Source of the DNA: Thecamonas trahens ATCC 50062
Taxonomy: Eukaryota > Protista > Apusomonadida
DNA length: 6,540 nucleotides
Direction: 5' to 3'
Assembly: GCF_000142905.1 (NCBI RefSeq)
Contig: NW_013657576.1
Location: forward strand, 1 to 6,540
Position numbers and translations under genes: made by a program
Shown here: piece by piece, positions 6,401 through 6,540 of the stretch
Position numbering within the stretch: the first letter of the stretch is position 1
How the letters are laid out: every line of letters starts with the position of its first letter
Notes under the pieces: model-generated
The model's database searches: none
What the model saw: only the letters and a program-made list of their open reading frames with translations
Told to the model about the DNA's origin: nothing

Positions 6401-6540
6401 TCCAAGTCGCCCATCGTTACGATAGTTCTCCTCCTGGACGCCCCCATCACAACTTCTGGAAACCGACCATCGACGTTGAGCGCCCACCAGAACTTGCCAG
6501 CATCACCCAATGACCACACCAGGTCTAGATCGCCGTCCGC
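148..6540 (-). CDS. Giant cell-surface multi-pass membrane protein (FG-GAP propellers + parallel beta-helix + Cys-rich stalk + multi-TM domain); 5'-partial, interrupted by 2 gaps and apparent frameshifts
   Basis: Three collinear minus-strand ORFs (4342-6519, 3545-4345, 148-3426) have domains that continue across the junctions. FG-GAP motifs flank both sides of the 4205-4332 gap. The start of the beta-helix lies in the middle ORF and its coils in the last ORF. The frame is open to the window edge (6540: GCG GAC GGC GAT CTA GAC CTG GTG = ADGDLDLV), so the true start is upstream. Terminal stop is TGA at 150-148. Confidence 0.75.
151..207 (-). repeat. Poly-serine C-terminus; (AGC/AGT)11 trinucleotide run at 151-183
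   Basis: Plus strand gct act gct act gct act gct gct gct gct gct encodes 11 Ser immediately before the TGA stop. It is preceded by SMSSSSST. Confidence 0.9.
616..1626 (-). other. Multi-pass transmembrane domain (about 7 visible hydrophobic helices, probably more in the gap)
   Basis: Hydrophobic segments AMVTVALLIGALVVTGVLLAF, FAAAMIGLNGLQMSAIY, WALTLILPVFVALAICGAATVYGLLIA, then after the gap WWFETAIMARKAGLVLCMTFMF, MGVCALAVALGHLVYV, LAMLVLAATTLALYGG and MAWVSTWVVVILIALVGG. Confidence 0.85.
947..1251. other. Assembly gap (305 N) inside the membrane domain
   Basis: Run of N. The reading frame is the same on both sides. Confidence 0.98.
1636..2118 (-). other. Cys-rich extracellular stalk (GCC2/GCC3-, laminin-EGF- or furin-like repeats)
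   Basis: 17 Cys in about 160 aa: CAACVEGTMS, CVCKPGFW, CDACPRGGVCDGG, CPASEACLG, CAAGYTARLCAQCADGYF...CRKC, directly before the first hydrophobic helix. Confidence 0.85.
2119..2470 (-). other. Probable Ig-like beta-sandwich linker domain
   Basis: About 115 aa, Val/Thr/Ser-rich with alternating beta-strand patterns (RLEWV, ATVVGVDWLG, VAVVVD, VSVSV, VSMRVEAV, AAFEV), between the beta-helix and the Cys-rich region. The fold is inferred only. Confidence 0.45.
2587..3720 (-). repeat. Right-handed parallel beta-helix (pectin-lyase-like / Chlamydia Pmp-like repeats)
   Basis: Repeats GGAVLA, LFADNSAAGEGGSLAV, AGRGGGVSV, IRGCTASGDGGGAWV, VSDNTAGGIGSGGGLHV, VRGNRAGSAGGGLAI and ITGNTAGTFGHGLAV resemble the FxxN / GGA(I,L,V) pattern. 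Confidence 0.85.
3545..4204 (-). CDS. Segment 2: last three FG-GAP repeats plus N-terminal cap of a right-handed beta-helix
   Basis: GDMDGNGCTDLV, VDVDGDGRLDVV and ADVNGDGLLDAV are followed by FACVAANIAASSRCVADTLMLEPGVYSC...VVLRA, which matches the cap helix + 'DT(I/L)xLxPGxY' start typical of pectin-lyase-like beta-helices. The ORF-track start at 4345 spans the N gap and is not credible. Confidence 0.85.
   Translation of the reverse strand, partial: SGFAAASGDMDGNGCTDLVVSGGNGEVVPGKPLMLTWWKSNCSGGFSIQHIQNYGQAMDYVGIVDVDGDGRLDVVATSSNTYSSASFTVFSTKDGLVWSAMTAAVSGTRTWRAVADVNGDGLLDAVTYSSGGVRVALQSGRDADTVYTPQTRPLDLRLAPCMLDRFSFACVAANIAASSRCVADTLMLEPGVYSCVADAHFVLTHSVVLRAAVPWLGDL
4205..4332. other. Assembly gap (128 N) inside the FG-GAP array
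   Basis: Run of N. The flanking coding frames differ. Confidence 0.98.
4342..6540 (-). CDS. Segment 1: FG-GAP/VCBS repeat ectodomain (5'-partial)
   Basis: Open frame of about 730 codons with 12 clear D-x-[DN]-x-D-G-like motifs (e.g. GDLDGDGQLELI, ADIDGDGLDDVV, GDVDGDGTNDIG, ADMDDDGDLDVV), plus a partial one at the edge. Several N-glycosylation sequons (NVS, NIS, NGT, NGS). The GTG at 6519 is not a real start. Confidence 0.9.
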   Translation of the reverse strand, partial: ADGDLDLVWSLGDAGKFWWALNVDGRFPEVVMGASRRRTIVTMGDLDGDGQLELIYYQDGIGATPDAILYGSYGASGVQDEMTAFPISKLLSSMGAADIDGDGLDDVVLGTRSDWGVAWFRNNGASFSQMPSFTTRAVESRFIAADFDNDTDVDIEYVYRQSSSEARLVRAVNDGTGNFDVHEYVLPNRGSWSFVSVDINGDDVRDVIVALDSTMELIVSPSNVSDWITTPRQQVGTTTKAPFVTPTGSIVAAGDVDGDGDGDVVYLASDGSVVLVEALTINSYAGPRHVDAGLSGAGAVVGLELVDVNRDGSADIVAACADAVVLAASDGLAWNISTLANVSDTSASIAALCAVPDGSGVAAVTSNGTVIWIPGNGSSGIALPDSSIRLFGARGAVCGNVDGAGAPDVLVWNDEAVVVWYAEAAGTWSSAVVDVPLSNLVGVAVGDVDGDGTNDIGVVSSSGGGWMRGDGARGFGPLLQVSVPLGVPVDVAITPARGLVVSASSSSTKSNTYAFRGGAVAEVEQVADNGGKLTVVDMDGDGDDDLFVATSSTVTWFETADALPMSGVGFARGTNVYHELVLDVVLADLDLDGDTDAVIRTPDVVGWLPNLNGEVSFGALTPVSTTTASYVAVADMDDDGDLDVVVAAAALAWHANQDGRGRFGSGRAISSPLTTLTGIRKILIVDANRDGSPDVLTSSDSLTALFLYTGTGIASELAVTGTGSSKVYVGGV

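Larger units (their letters stand above)
3790..6540 (-). repeat. FG-GAP/VCBS protein repeat array (15 clear motifs, 1 partial at the edge, about 2 degenerate blades, probably 1 more in the gap)
   Basis: Dx[DN]xDG-type motifs recur roughly every 45-55 aa in the translation. The repeats are divergent at DNA level. Confidence 0.9.

Noticed and set aside
3790-6540. Integrin alpha subunit
   Set aside because: Far more than seven repeats, no thigh/calf region, no single TM helix with a GFFKR-like motif, and the downstream domains are a beta-helix and a multi-pass membrane domain.
1-6540. CRISPR array, tRNA/rRNA, transposon ends or DNA-level tandem repeats
   Set aside because: None visible. The recurrent short words such as catcgccgtc/gtcgccgtc come from Asp-Gly codons of the protein repeats, are not identical, and lie inside coding sequence.

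Overview
Almost the whole window (148..>6540, minus strand) reads as the 3' part of one very large, GC-rich, eukaryote-style membrane protein gene. The ORF track splits it into three pieces because of two assembly gaps (947-1251, 4205-4332), a stop next to a gap edge (4342-4344) and a tight cluster of apparent frameshifts (about 3430-3563). From N- to C-terminus it shows at least 15 FG-GAP/VCBS-type Ca2+-binding beta-propeller repeats (running off the window edge), a right-handed parallel beta-helix with Pmp-like GG[AG]/N-x-A repeats, a probable Ig-like beta-sandwich, a Cys-rich stalk, a multi-pass membrane domain with an RYGFL...WWFE...RK / RPY...N-x-L signature, and a low-complexity tail ending in poly-Ser. 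Positions 1-147 are non-coding 3' flank with a strong G-quadruplex-forming tract on the minus strand. The architecture points to a protist draft genome; an apusomonad such as Thecamonas is a guess from memory, not verified. I see no RNA genes, mobile elements or CRISPR arrays. The long plus-strand ORFs are antisense shadows.
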